From a virus, in the IMG/VR virus record IMGVR_UViG_3300035698_012504, positions 186,694 through 250,693 of that record: 64,000 nt of DNA. The stretch is one strand, 5' to 3'. The first letter of the stretch is position 1; each line of letters opens with the position of its first letter. Position numbers and translations under genes: made by a program. The notes below the pieces were generated by a model. It did not search any database and was not told the origin of the DNA. It saw only the letters and a list, made by a program, of their open reading frames with translations. Positions 44,610-54,700 of the stretch are shown piece after piece.

Positions 44610-45563
44610 ATGCATAGAAATCCCGATCCTGATTCATTAGGTGCAGCCATATGTATGAAGTTTATATTATCAAATAAATTTGGGATTCATCCAACTATAT
44701 TTTTAGAAGGTGAGGTTAGTCATTTACAAAATCAAACGATGGTTAATATATTATCAATTCCTCTCATCAAGGTAGAAGAATATAAAAAAGATGAATTCGA
44801 TTTTGTAATAATTTTAGATACTACAACAAAGAATTCATTTCCAGATGAGTCAATTTTAACAATAGATCACCATAGGTCTGGAGATAGTAACGCGGCCAAT
44901 TCTCAAATAGAAGAAATAGGATCGACTTGTACTTTCATGTGGGAACATATGAAAGCTCTCAATTTAATAGAATTGGATGAAGATCAATCAATAAGAACTG
45001 CCCTAGTTTGTGGTATAGTTACAGATACTAATTTTCTAATCGAGCCTACTGTAACCAATAGAGATCAGGCAGCATATCAAGAACTAGTTCAAAATGTAGA
45101 TAAGAAAAAGTTAGATACTTTTCTCAATTATCCACTCCCTACTTATTACTTTGATCTTGAACGAAAAGTATTTGAGCCAGATAATTTTATAGAAGATGAT
45201 ACGTTTTTTATTGGTGGGACGGGGATTATTAGTGATGCCAGGCGGGATGTGATTCCTATGATTGCGGATAGGCTTCTTCGGAAACAAGGAATCGACACGG
45301 TATTCATATTTGGAATAATAGGAACCAGTCTTGTCTTTAGTGTTAGAAGTAAAAATTCATCGTTAGATGTTAATACATTCTGCCAGAAGGCCACCAACAC
45401 AAAGGCGAGTGGTGGAGGAAAACAAGGAATGGGTGGAGGTAGGATTTCATTGGCGGGTATTTATGAAACAACTTATCCAGATGAGCTGAAGGCTCACTTC
45501 TGGACATACGTCAAAGGAAGTATGTTTCATAGAGTTTCTAGCCTCCTATCAGGCGAACTATAA
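44610..45563 (+). CDS. DHH/DHHA1-family phosphoesterase (NrnA-like nanoRNase / pAp phosphatase fold)
   Basis: MHRNPDPDSLGAA (motif I), ILDTTTKN, TIDHHRSGD (DHH motif), C-terminal GGGK...G motif of DHHA1. The true N-terminus may lie upstream: the frame is open back to the TAG at 44526. Confidence 0.65.
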   Translation: MHRNPDPDSLGAAICMKFILSNKFGIHPTIFLEGEVSHLQNQTMVNILSIPLIKVEEYKKDEFDFVIILDTTTKNSFPDESILTIDHHRSGDSNAANSQIEEIGSTCTFMWEHMKALNLIELDEDQSIRTALVCGIVTDTNFLIEPTVTNRDQAAYQELVQNVDKKKLDTFLNYPLPTYYFDLERKVFEPDNFIEDDTFFIGGTGIISDARRDVIPMIADRLLRKQGIDTVFIFGIIGTSLVFSVRSKNSSLDVNTFCQKATNTKASGGGKQGMGGGRISLAGIYETTYPDELKAHFWTYVKGSMFHRVSSLLSGEL

Positions 45564-45631
45564 CGTAAAGAGGAGCGCATCCAGGAAGTTAGATGCGCTC
45601 CTCTCGTTCGGATAGGGGAGAGTGTGGAAGA

Positions 45632-47350
45632 TTATACAACGAAGAAGTTCAGGTGAATTTGTTCAACAACCCTTGTCGGATTGAGAGTAATATTCGCTTG
45701 GATTCTCTTCGCTTTAATGTCATACTCAGATGCACCAACAGTAACACCAAATGAATATAATCCTCTTCTGTCTTGAACTGTCTTCAAGAAAGCAGAGATG
45801 TTATTGCTAATTGCACCCCAGGTTGCGGTATCGTTTAATTCAAATATATAGAATCTGCAGAACTGTTCTAGAGCACGCTTAATATAAAGAATCAATCTCA
45901 TAATATTAAGATCCTGTAGTGCAGTTGGTCTTACCTGTGAAGTAAGTTGTCCATAAACTGTGAATCCTACATTAAATTTAACAATTGGGTTAATCTGTTT
46001 CAGGTAGAATTGATCTCTCTGAGACAGGTTCGGGCTGAATCTTAGTTCTTGAATCTGAGCAATTGTCGCTCTGTTAAATCCAGCTGGAGCATACCAAAGT
46101 TCTGCAATGTTATCCGTGTAAGGAATTATATTTGCCATGTGGTATACAGGAGTCATCCAAAGATAACGTCCAGTAAACTTATCAAATATTTTTGAATATG
46201 GTTCATATATCGCAGCGTATCTAGTATTAATACCGTAGGTATCACCTCCAGATTCTGATCTAGAATCGTATGCTGCTTGATAGTTAACGTTGTCGCCATT
46301 ATCAATTATAGCAATACAATCCTGTCTTAGATCGCGGGTTAATTCTACAATGTTTCTCTTGACATTTGTGCTGTATCCACCGTCAAACACTATATTAAAA
46401 TAGTGGTCTTCTGTATCAATAACAGATTCTAATGCTTGACCCGTTAATGGGTTTGTAATGTCACCAGTGTATGCTAATGATAATATTGAATCACCAACAG
46501 TTGTAGTTACTGCTCCGTTTGCATCAAATAGAGATCCAGTTGATCCGTTCTCTAGATTAAGTGCGCCATCTAGGAATGGTATATCAAACTCACAAGATCC
46601 TTCTACTGCTGCTAAGCAGGCTACTTCATCTGCAATACAATTTAAATGTCTACTATATCTATTAACAATATCTTCGATCCACATGGACTCACCGTCGTCG
46701 TCAAGTCTTGTGCTTAAGAAAGATACCATATAGGTTTCAATTATCTCAAATTGATCAGCGCCTGTATCTGGATTTACATCGTTTTGTTTTTCATATACAT
46801 CCATTACATAAATGTCTGGTTTATCAGTTTGGACAGTTGTATTTGCTGGTTTTGTTATTTCAACTCTAAACCTATCATACCAATCACCACGACCAACTCC
46901 ATAAAACACACAGCATGTATCTTCTGAGCCTGTCTCATAAGTATTAGTAAGTAGTGTTGATAGTTCGTTTAATGTATTAACTCCTGCTTCAGATGTGGCG
47001 ACTGCGGATGCTGTACCATCAGCGCCGTACTCACCAGCTCTTTCAGCCATTAATATCAAGTTTGAATATGCAGCGTCTGTCGGAAGACATCTAACTACAT
47101 ATAGGGAATCAGATTGTTTCAAGAACGAATCTGCTACATACGGTCCTTGACCGAATGCCTTTTTCGCATAGGTGATATCTGGTCTACCGAAGTCTAGATA
47201 AAAGTCTCTAGCATTAGTGAAGATCAGTTGATTATCCGGACCATGCTCGGAAATGATGCAAATGAAACCAATGGTTGATGGTACATTTTGCACGAATTCA
47301 GACAGGTCTATAATCTTAGTATATACACCTGGAGAAATATGTTGTGCCAT
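45632..47350 (-). CDS. Contractile tail sheath protein
   Basis: The N-terminus MAQHISPGVYTKIIDLSEF...GFICIISEHGP...FGRP matches the conserved sheath N-terminus (SPGV..E.D.S......G...G.F.GP). 572 aa. Confidence 0.85.
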   Translation of the reverse strand: MAQHISPGVYTKIIDLSEFVQNVPSTIGFICIISEHGPDNQLIFTNARDFYLDFGRPDITYAKKAFGQGPYVADSFLKQSDSLYVVRCLPTDAAYSNLILMAERAGEYGADGTASAVATSEAGVNTLNELSTLLTNTYETGSEDTCCVFYGVGRGDWYDRFRVEITKPANTTVQTDKPDIYVMDVYEKQNDVNPDTGADQFEIIETYMVSFLSTRLDDDGESMWIEDIVNRYSRHLNCIADEVACLAAVEGSCEFDIPFLDGALNLENGSTGSLFDANGAVTTTVGDSILSLAYTGDITNPLTGQALESVIDTEDHYFNIVFDGGYSTNVKRNIVELTRDLRQDCIAIIDNGDNVNYQAAYDSRSESGGDTYGINTRYAAIYEPYSKIFDKFTGRYLWMTPVYHMANIIPYTDNIAELWYAPAGFNRATIAQIQELRFSPNLSQRDQFYLKQINPIVKFNVGFTVYGQLTSQVRPTALQDLNIMRLILYIKRALEQFCRFYIFELNDTATWGAISNNISAFLKTVQDRRGLYSFGVTVGASEYDIKAKRIQANITLNPTRVVEQIHLNFFVV

Positions 47351-47416
47351 AATAGTTTCCTCCTAAAATTTATTAGTTACTTATTATTAAATCACGAAAA
47401 TAAAGAGGTCATCTTT

Positions 47417-47431
47417 ACAATTTGTCCTCAA
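47417..47431 (-). promoter_or_regulatory. Promoter-like motif (GGACAAA core) upstream of the tail sheath gene
   Basis: acaatttgtcctcaa. Confidence 0.4.
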
Positions 47432-47464
47432 AAAAATGGGCCATCAAAAAAAGGAGAAAATCGG

Positions 47465-47731
47465 TTGAAAGTCTTAAGTAAAACGGCCAGTGGTGGAGCA
47501 ATTATTGAAGGTACTAAAGAGGAATTAATACTTTTATTAGGCGATCTTGAAGTCAATGATGGTCAAAATTTTGATCTAAGTAAACTAATAGACGATATAG
47601 CTACAGTTAGATGGCTTCGTACTGAAGGGATATTTGTTGCAAACTGCTTGACCGAGATGGCAAATCGTACAAGAAAAATTGAGAGTGTTGTTCCGAAGGA
47701 AAAGAAAGAGGCGGTCCCAGTGGCACCATAA
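47465..47731 (+). CDS. Hypothetical protein (TTG start)
   Basis: Track ORF 47288..47731 overlaps the sheath start. The TTG at 47465 is preceded by AAAGGAGAAAA. Confidence 0.3.
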   Translation: MKVLSKTASGGAIIEGTKEELILLLGDLEVNDGQNFDLSKLIDDIATVRWLRTEGIFVANCLTEMANRTRKIESVVPKEKKEAVPVAP

Positions 47732-47745
47732 CACATGGAGATGAT

Positions 47746-48465
47746 ATGAAAATACCCCATCAAAACCTCCATCTACATTCATATTCCATGGAGAGTGCAA
47801 AACGTCATATAGTTGGGGTAGCACTAGAAGCAAAAGAAAAAAAGATAATTACTTCTCCTAGAATGTCTTTTACCAACCATAACTTTATGTTGGATCCAGA
47901 ATTTATGACCAGTTTCTCTAGTAGATATGATATAGATTATGTTCCTGGTTTTGGATTTAAAACAAAAGAAGGAATTGAATTAAATGTTTATAATCCTGGG
48001 GATGAGTCTCTAGAGTTCTTAAATAAGTTATCTGCTGAAAAAGAATTCTGGTTATTGCTATTGATGGAAAAATTAGACGAACTAGGATATCCTATAGATC
48101 CGACTAAAGTATTAGAGTTAGTTAAAAAATCGGAATTAAAATTATTAGAAATCTGTGATATATGTAAATACTATGTAGAAGATGAATACACAGAGATCGA
48201 TACTGAAACTGAATGTTTAATTAAATTAGTACGTCCAGTGTTGGCATCCGGACTAGTTCCTATGTTGAGATTTCCTTTTGAGAAGTCTGTAGACGAATTA
48301 GCCGATTGCGAAGTATCGCTTGTAAACCCGAACGAGTTCCCAGAGTTGGTAGGCCACATAAGTATATCCAGCGTTATCTTCTGTGAGGAGACGCGAGGAG
48401 AAATAATAGAGAGCTGTACAGACAAAGGAACTCAATTGTGGTATGGGAATGGGGATTGGATATAA
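47746..48465 (+). CDS. Hypothetical protein
   Basis: 239-aa ORF. Confidence 0.4.
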   Translation: MKIPHQNLHLHSYSMESAKRHIVGVALEAKEKKIITSPRMSFTNHNFMLDPEFMTSFSSRYDIDYVPGFGFKTKEGIELNVYNPGDESLEFLNKLSAEKEFWLLLLMEKLDELGYPIDPTKVLELVKKSELKLLEICDICKYYVEDEYTEIDTETECLIKLVRPVLASGLVPMLRFPFEKSVDELADCEVSLVNPNEFPELVGHISISSVIFCEETRGEIIESCTDKGTQLWYGNGDWI

Positions 48466-48470
48466 ATAAG

Positions 48471-48516
48471 GCGGGAAGGCTAAACACCTTCCCGCCCGTT
48501 TCACTTTAATTTTTTG
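48471..48516. terminator. Hairpin terminator between convergent genes
   Basis: gcgggaagg-ctaaaca-ccttcccgc followed by ccgtttcactttaatttttt. Confidence 0.5.
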
Positions 48517-48651
48517 TTAAGAATTTATATTATTAGACTCGATATAAAATTGGAATTCTTTTTCATTCATTATCTTCAAAATACTTCCTAACATATTTGT
48601 ATGTGTGTTTCTTACTCATATTTTTAATTCCTAATATACCACATTATATCT

Positions 48652-49914
48652 CTAATCAAATACTATAAACTGTTCTATGTATTCCATGAAGTCATCTTCA
48701 TCATAATACCCATTTTTACTCATATTTTCTCTACCGGGAAGAGGCCGTAAATTTCTTTCATCATTGATTATATCTAAATCAAATATCCCATTTTCCACGA
48801 ATGCTTTTACTGGTATTATATGATCTATATGTATGTTTTTCAATGTTATATTATATTTTTTTCTGTAGTTATTTTTATATGTTGCGCTTAATTGATGAAT
48901 ATCTCTTATATTTCTAACAGCATTTCTATCAGGGTTCCAGTTATAATGGTTAGCCCCCGATATTTTTTCTGCTACTTTTTCATATCCACACTTCATACAT
49001 CTATGTCCTTGATTAAAACTACCAAATGTTACTTCTGAAATATTCCCACAACTGCATTTATATTTCATTTTAGTAACTATATTAGTATATTCATCTTCTA
49101 ATAAAATACAATCACGATCTGAAAAGTATTGTTTCACATATTCAAACGAGTGTTTTAGTTTTTCAGATCTCTTTTCATTACCACAATTATTACATCTTTG
49201 ACCTTGTTGAAAGTGGCTAAATGTTATTTCTGAAGTATTACCACACGAACATATATATTTCATTTTAGTGTTTGCATTTACATATTCATCTTCTAATAAA
49301 ATGCAGACATGGTCTTTAAAATAACTTTCAACATATTCATAGGTGAGTTTTTCATTACCACCGCATTCTCCACATCTATGTCCATGTTTAAAACTGCCAA
49401 ATGTTATTTCTGAAATATTCCCACAACTGCATTTATATTTCATTTTAGTATGATTATCAACATAATCTTTTTCTAATAATTCACAACCATTATCTTCAAA
49501 ATATTGATTTGTATATTCGAATGTATGTTTTTGTTTTTCGCCCGCTCTTTTAGATCCACACTTCATACACCTGTGCCCATATTGAAATCTGTTAAAAGTT
49601 ATTTCTGCAGAGTTACCACAAGAACATATATATTCCATATTAGTATGATTATTAATATATTCTGTTTCTAATAACCCACAACCATTATCTTCAAAATATT
49701 GCTTTACATATTTATGGGTGAGTTTTTCTCTACCACCACACTTTGCGCAACGTTTTCCTTGTTGAAAATCATTATATTTTATCTCTGAGATATTACCACA
49801 TGAACATTGATATTTCATTTTGGCGTGCGCCCTAACATACTCTTCCTCCAACAGCTCACACCCCTGTTGCTCGAAATATTCCTTTACAAATTCATAGGTT
49901 AATTTCTTAGACAT
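48652..49914 (-). CDS. HNH endonuclease with 5 tandem ~60-aa Zn-ribbon modules
   Basis: Five repeats of YV..YFE..GC.LLE.EY.N...KMKY.CSCGN.SEI.F..F..G.RC..CG. C-terminal HIDHIIPVKAF...NLRPLPGRENMSKN. Confidence 0.8.
   Translation of the reverse strand: MSKKLTYEFVKEYFEQQGCELLEEEYVRAHAKMKYQCSCGNISEIKYNDFQQGKRCAKCGGREKLTHKYVKQYFEDNGCGLLETEYINNHTNMEYICSCGNSAEITFNRFQYGHRCMKCGSKRAGEKQKHTFEYTNQYFEDNGCELLEKDYVDNHTKMKYKCSCGNISEITFGSFKHGHRCGECGGNEKLTYEYVESYFKDHVCILLEDEYVNANTKMKYICSCGNTSEITFSHFQQGQRCNNCGNEKRSEKLKHSFEYVKQYFSDRDCILLEDEYTNIVTKMKYKCSCGNISEVTFGSFNQGHRCMKCGYEKVAEKISGANHYNWNPDRNAVRNIRDIHQLSATYKNNYRKKYNITLKNIHIDHIIPVKAFVENGIFDLDIINDERNLRPLPGRENMSKNGYYDEDDFMEYIEQFIVFD
48690..49900. repeat. Five tandem ~180-nt DNA repeats (the Zn-ribbon module repeats inside the HNH gene)
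   Basis: Recurrent ...ccacaactgcatttatatttcattttagt... / ...ttccacacgaacatatatatttcattttagt... units. Confidence 0.6.
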
Positions 49915-49932
49915 TTATTCTCAGCATTCCCT

Positions 49933-50253
49933 TTATTTACATGTAACTTTTACATCAATACAAACATCTATCGATTTATCTTCGGATATAGGAATGCTAG
50001 TTTCAATTATCCCACTCAATCCATTTTCACAGTGGTCCTTAATCTGAGAAATCTTATTATCTATATCTAAATCTGGATAGGTGTTAAAAAAATCTTCACC
50101 ATTAAGCATAATATATACTGCAATATATTTTTTAAAATTTTCTATAAAGTCTTTTCCAGTATCTAAAAATTTCTTAAGTTGTAAATCCTCTTCATAATCC
50201 ACACCATCGATTGTAAAATGTCTATATTTCGAAGGGTCTATATATTCTTCCAT
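49933..50253 (-). CDS. Hypothetical protein
   Basis: 106-aa ORF. Confidence 0.35.
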   Translation of the reverse strand: MEEYIDPSKYRHFTIDGVDYEEDLQLKKFLDTGKDFIENFKKYIAVYIMLNGEDFFNTYPDLDIDNKISQIKDHCENGLSGIIETSIPISEDKSIDVCIDVKVTCK

Positions 50254-50268
50254 TATAATTTTCTTTCC

Positions 50269-50853
50269 CTACACGGCACTTTTCCAATATTTACCTTGTA
50301 GTATTTTACCTACCATTGTTCTATCAACACTAAAGATATTCGCTATCTTCTGATGTGTTAATTTTTCTTCTTCTCTTAATCTAAATATCTCTGGTATATC
50401 TGATTCTTTTAGTTTTGTATTCGGATGATTATCTCCTCTTGGGGCAGCCGCTTTTATTCTATCTTTATGTTCCTCTGATAGCTTTCGCACCTTAGTCTTC
50501 GGGGCAGAGTTTAATGAACCCCTACTCAATATATTAGTTAGATTTTCTAATCCAAATTCTTTTATACATTGTTCTTCCATATTCAATGCATCTGATTCTG
50601 AGACACCATATAATATTTTTTGAGATATTATATGTCCTACTTCATTCACGATCTTTCTATTTTTATTATAAGTCTTAATTCCATCTCGTGGCTTATACCC
50701 TTTATTAACATCTTGTTCATGATGATTAATCCTATTCCCTTTTCCTTTTCCAAAATAATATGGTTTAAATAAAAATGAAACGTTGAGTACCTGGGATGCA
50801 AATCTCCCAGGTACCCTCGGATCCAATAAGACATATGTATAAAAATTATTCAT
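50269..50853 (-). CDS. GIY-YIG homing endonuclease with C-terminal helix-turn-helix
   Basis: FYTYVLLD...YYFGKGKGNRINHH (GIY-YIG core). C-terminal LTHQKIANIFSVDRTMVGKIL. Confidence 0.7.
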   Translation of the reverse strand: MNNFYTYVLLDPRVPGRFASQVLNVSFLFKPYYFGKGKGNRINHHEQDVNKGYKPRDGIKTYNKNRKIVNEVGHIISQKILYGVSESDALNMEEQCIKEFGLENLTNILSRGSLNSAPKTKVRKLSEEHKDRIKAAAPRGDNHPNTKLKESDIPEIFRLREEEKLTHQKIANIFSVDRTMVGKILQGKYWKSAV

Positions 50854-50885
50854 ATATTTTCAATCTGATAATAGTATGATTACTA

Positions 50886-51719
50886 CTAAAAATAAATATA
50901 CCACGAAAAAACAATTTCACGAGAACTACTCTTTCTAATCGTAGAGAAGCATACTCTTGCAAACATTTCAGGATCTGGAGTGATTCTGGATGCTTCACCA
51001 ACTGTTGATGATATGCTTGTAAATAATCCTGCTTCGTTTATATCAAGATAATCATCGTCAGTGAGTCCACCATTATATTCATTAGATTCTATAGTTACTC
51101 TTACAAGAGCAATTAAGAAACTTGCATCAGGTCTACTCTCTGCTGTAACTGGATCAGTATGTAAGTTCGTTGCTCCAGTTTCCATATCAGTTGCATCAAC
51201 ATTTATATCAGATATAAATATCGGATACGATGTATCAAACGCATGATACTCTCTATTAGATGTATCAGTTACCCTGCTGCTTCCAGCGCCCACACTAGCA
51301 TGACTTAGTCTGTCTCCACCAAGTCCATAATCTGATAGTACTGGTTCATATGGTTGCAGCGGATCAGTAGATGCCGCACCCCCAGTTCCAAGTCCAAACC
51401 AATTGATCCACCTAGTGTAATCAACATCTCCTGTCTTTAATGCTTTATTAAACGCTCTTCGCATCAACCAAGAGCGACCAGTATAAACAATTAAATTAGT
51501 AGTGTCTTCAATTTTACCATACTCGGGATCATGATCTAGAGAACGTGGAAGAATTATATTATCCGTATTAGGTCTATACAAAACTCCATCATTCTTTTTC
51601 TCATGAATCTGAACTCTATTCTTAGGAAAGGGCGTTCCCGAACCTGAAATAAATTTATCAGATACACTATGTTGATCTATAAGATCTACGGAAATTCTTT
51701 CCACTTTATTTTTTTCCAT
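50886..51719 (-). CDS. Hypothetical virion protein
   Basis: 277-aa ORF directly downstream of the giant gene. Confidence 0.4.
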   Translation of the reverse strand: MEKNKVERISVDLIDQHSVSDKFISGSGTPFPKNRVQIHEKKNDGVLYRPNTDNIILPRSLDHDPEYGKIEDTTNLIVYTGRSWLMRRAFNKALKTGDVDYTRWINWFGLGTGGAASTDPLQPYEPVLSDYGLGGDRLSHASVGAGSSRVTDTSNREYHAFDTSYPIFISDINVDATDMETGATNLHTDPVTAESRPDASFLIALVRVTIESNEYNGGLTDDDYLDINEAGLFTSISSTVGEASRITPDPEMFARVCFSTIRKSSSREIVFSWYIYF

Positions 51720-51728
51720 TTTTTTCTC

Positions 51729-54700
51729 CTATGTTATATTTAAATAAGATGATAGATCCGATATTGTAACACCTATATCGGGATTTGTACAAAATTCCGA
51801 AAAGTCTATCCAACTAAGATCGGGAAACTCTTCTCTTACTTCATCAAACGTTATTTTACCATCTCCACTTGAATCTATTTGTCCAAATTTACTATACATT
51901 ATTGCCGCCACTATATAATTATGTGGTGGTACAATAGCACTTTCTTCTAGTTCTGAAATTGTCAATACTAGATCGTCATTTATATCATATACATTCATGT
52001 ATTGTTCTGCTGCTCCAGTTGCCTCACCAATGATGCTCCTTAATTCTTCAACTGAAAGTTTCTGATTATCATCTAAATCAACACCATTAAAATGATGTAT
52101 AATATAATGTGCAAAATTACTTTTTGCATATTCTGCTGTTGTCGGTGCTGTAGATGGAACTTCAATTTCTTCTATCTCAACCCTATCATAGCACTCCGAC
52201 ATATCAAGTAAAGTCTCGTGACCTGGGCATTGATCTACTATTACTAAATCAACTAAATCCATTTCCTCATCGTCTGGAATCCGTCCATCTGTCTTTACCC
52301 ATCTATTATTATTAAACATATAATATGTTGCATTTTTCTCATTAAATAAAACATCTAAATAACTAGGGTATTCTTCTTTAGACCATCTTCCAGTTGTTTC
52401 GTTATATGTAACAACATAATTATCAATGTTATTTCCAAGCTCAGTGGCAGAAGGAATACTAAGTAAATTCATTATATATCTATCACCATCTGAAGGTGAG
52501 TCTGGTAAAGCAGTTATAATTTCTTTTACAGGTGGTCCACATTCTACAATTTCAGTACTATCTATAATACCACTAGAAATTAATAGATCTCTTGTCGGGT
52601 AAATAGAAAATTCATTTGCGAGAGCATCCATTATTGTGGTTGATCTCTCTGAAATTTCCTTGGCTAAAATTACTTCAGATGTTATTATCCTGTCAGTCGT
52701 TAATCTATCTTCTACTGATGATATATCTCCCTCTTCTGATATAAGAATAGGAGTAATTTTTACACTACTTACATAAAAATCTGGAATTGGCGCAACAGGA
52801 TTTCCGTGGGTAGTAGAATCGTACATTGCTTCTATATAGAATTTAGAGTATTCGCATATGTCTTCACCTTGGTTAACAATAACTTGTTCATATGTTAATG
52901 TATAAAATTTATTAACTTCTAATTCTAATTTAGGTTCTAGATAACATAGTGGGCTTGATCCATTTTTAGTCATAGATGTACGAACACTAAACGTTTCATC
53001 TGCATCATCATTTGGGATAGTGTAACAATCTATTTCTATTTTATATGTCATTCCAGGATATAATAATCCGCTATCCTCATTGCTGCATGTGGTTACTAAT
53101 TTTTTATTATAAGTAAACCACGCCATTGAATAATATGAACCATATATATCTTCTCTTATGGGTTCTTCAAAGGTTAATGATAATCTACTTTCTGGTATTT
53201 CTCCAACACAAGAAGAGCATGTTAAACTAGGGTGTATTGATTTAATTATAGGTGCATCTGCTGAGTCTTTCCCATACGATGCTTGAGCAGTAAATCGCAA
53301 TTGATTTATGTCTGCTTCTATATCTATAGTTTCCTCTACCAATATTCTGGATATTTCTTCTGGTTCTCTATATTCTTTTCTAAATAAAATGTCACCAGTT
53401 TCAGGGTTATCAATAGTTACTGTACATATAGTTCTCATAGATACTTTATCATCATCGCCTTCATACATTCTAAACTCATATGATAAATCATATTCCCCAG
53501 CAGGAATAGATTGGTATGTAGAGTAATGAGTATGACCATAAATTGGACCTCTTCCTACTTCAAAAATAACATCATCTGCCTGTGTTAATGATTCTAATAT
53601 ATAAGCATTCGGATTCACTACAATCTCTTGCAATCTTTCTAAACTCATTAATCCATTTGAATCACAATATAATAACCAATCGCTTTCAGGAGTATATCCA
53701 TGATAAGCACCTGTTTCTTCGTATGATAAATACCCGTCATGGTTTGCATCTAATTGAGCAAACGAAGGAATCAATAAAATATATGCATATATGGGTAGAC
53801 CATAGCTTCCAACAAGATCAGTAATTCCTAGTTTACCATCCCCATCTATATCCATATCATTAAATAATTCTTGGGATATTTGAGCTCGTTCTGATGTTCC
53901 TGGAATAGTAACTAATGCTTCAGAGTATGTTAGATACCCATTGGTTTCCATTTCGTCGTGGTGTAAAACCAAATAATTATTTAGGTCAAATGCTATTAAT
54001 CCTTTTGGAAACCTATCGAACATTGCAGAGGATGTAATTCTTCCGTTCGAACTGTATTTTCTATCAAGGTGTCTGAATATCTTTCTAGTTATTTCTAAAG
54101 CATCCAATCTATGTATTGCATTTAAATTTGTTAAAATGAAATCTTCAATTAGATCATTGAAGTTTATCCAATTTACATGACTAGCCATCAACCCATTCCA
54201 AGAATTCCAAGCCATGAATGCTGCTTGCTCTCGGGAAGGTAGGAAATAATCATTACATAATTCTAAATTAGTTTCTCCAATCGCAATAGTCTCTGTTACG
54301 ACCTTCATAATATTATGTCTAACTTCTGGAATAAATGGTAATATAACCTCTATATCCATATTAATAATATTTGCTAATTCTGATTCATCTATAAGAACTC
54401 TTTCTTGATCATCATTAATATAATATCTCCAAAGTAGACCTTGTGCTATCTGTTCAACGACACCATCTTCTTCGTCATACATATCTGTAAATCTGATAGT
54501 AAATGTTTTATTATCAGATATTAAACTATCTGATAGAGGTACTAATGAATCCTTAGACAATCCTTCATCTAAATTCCAATGGCTAGTTTCAACAAACATT
54601 TCATCTAATATTGAAATATTATAATCAAGGAGATGGAGAACTGATGGGTACATGACCACATCAAATCCAGCGCCATGTAAATCATTTATGGTTGTTGGGA

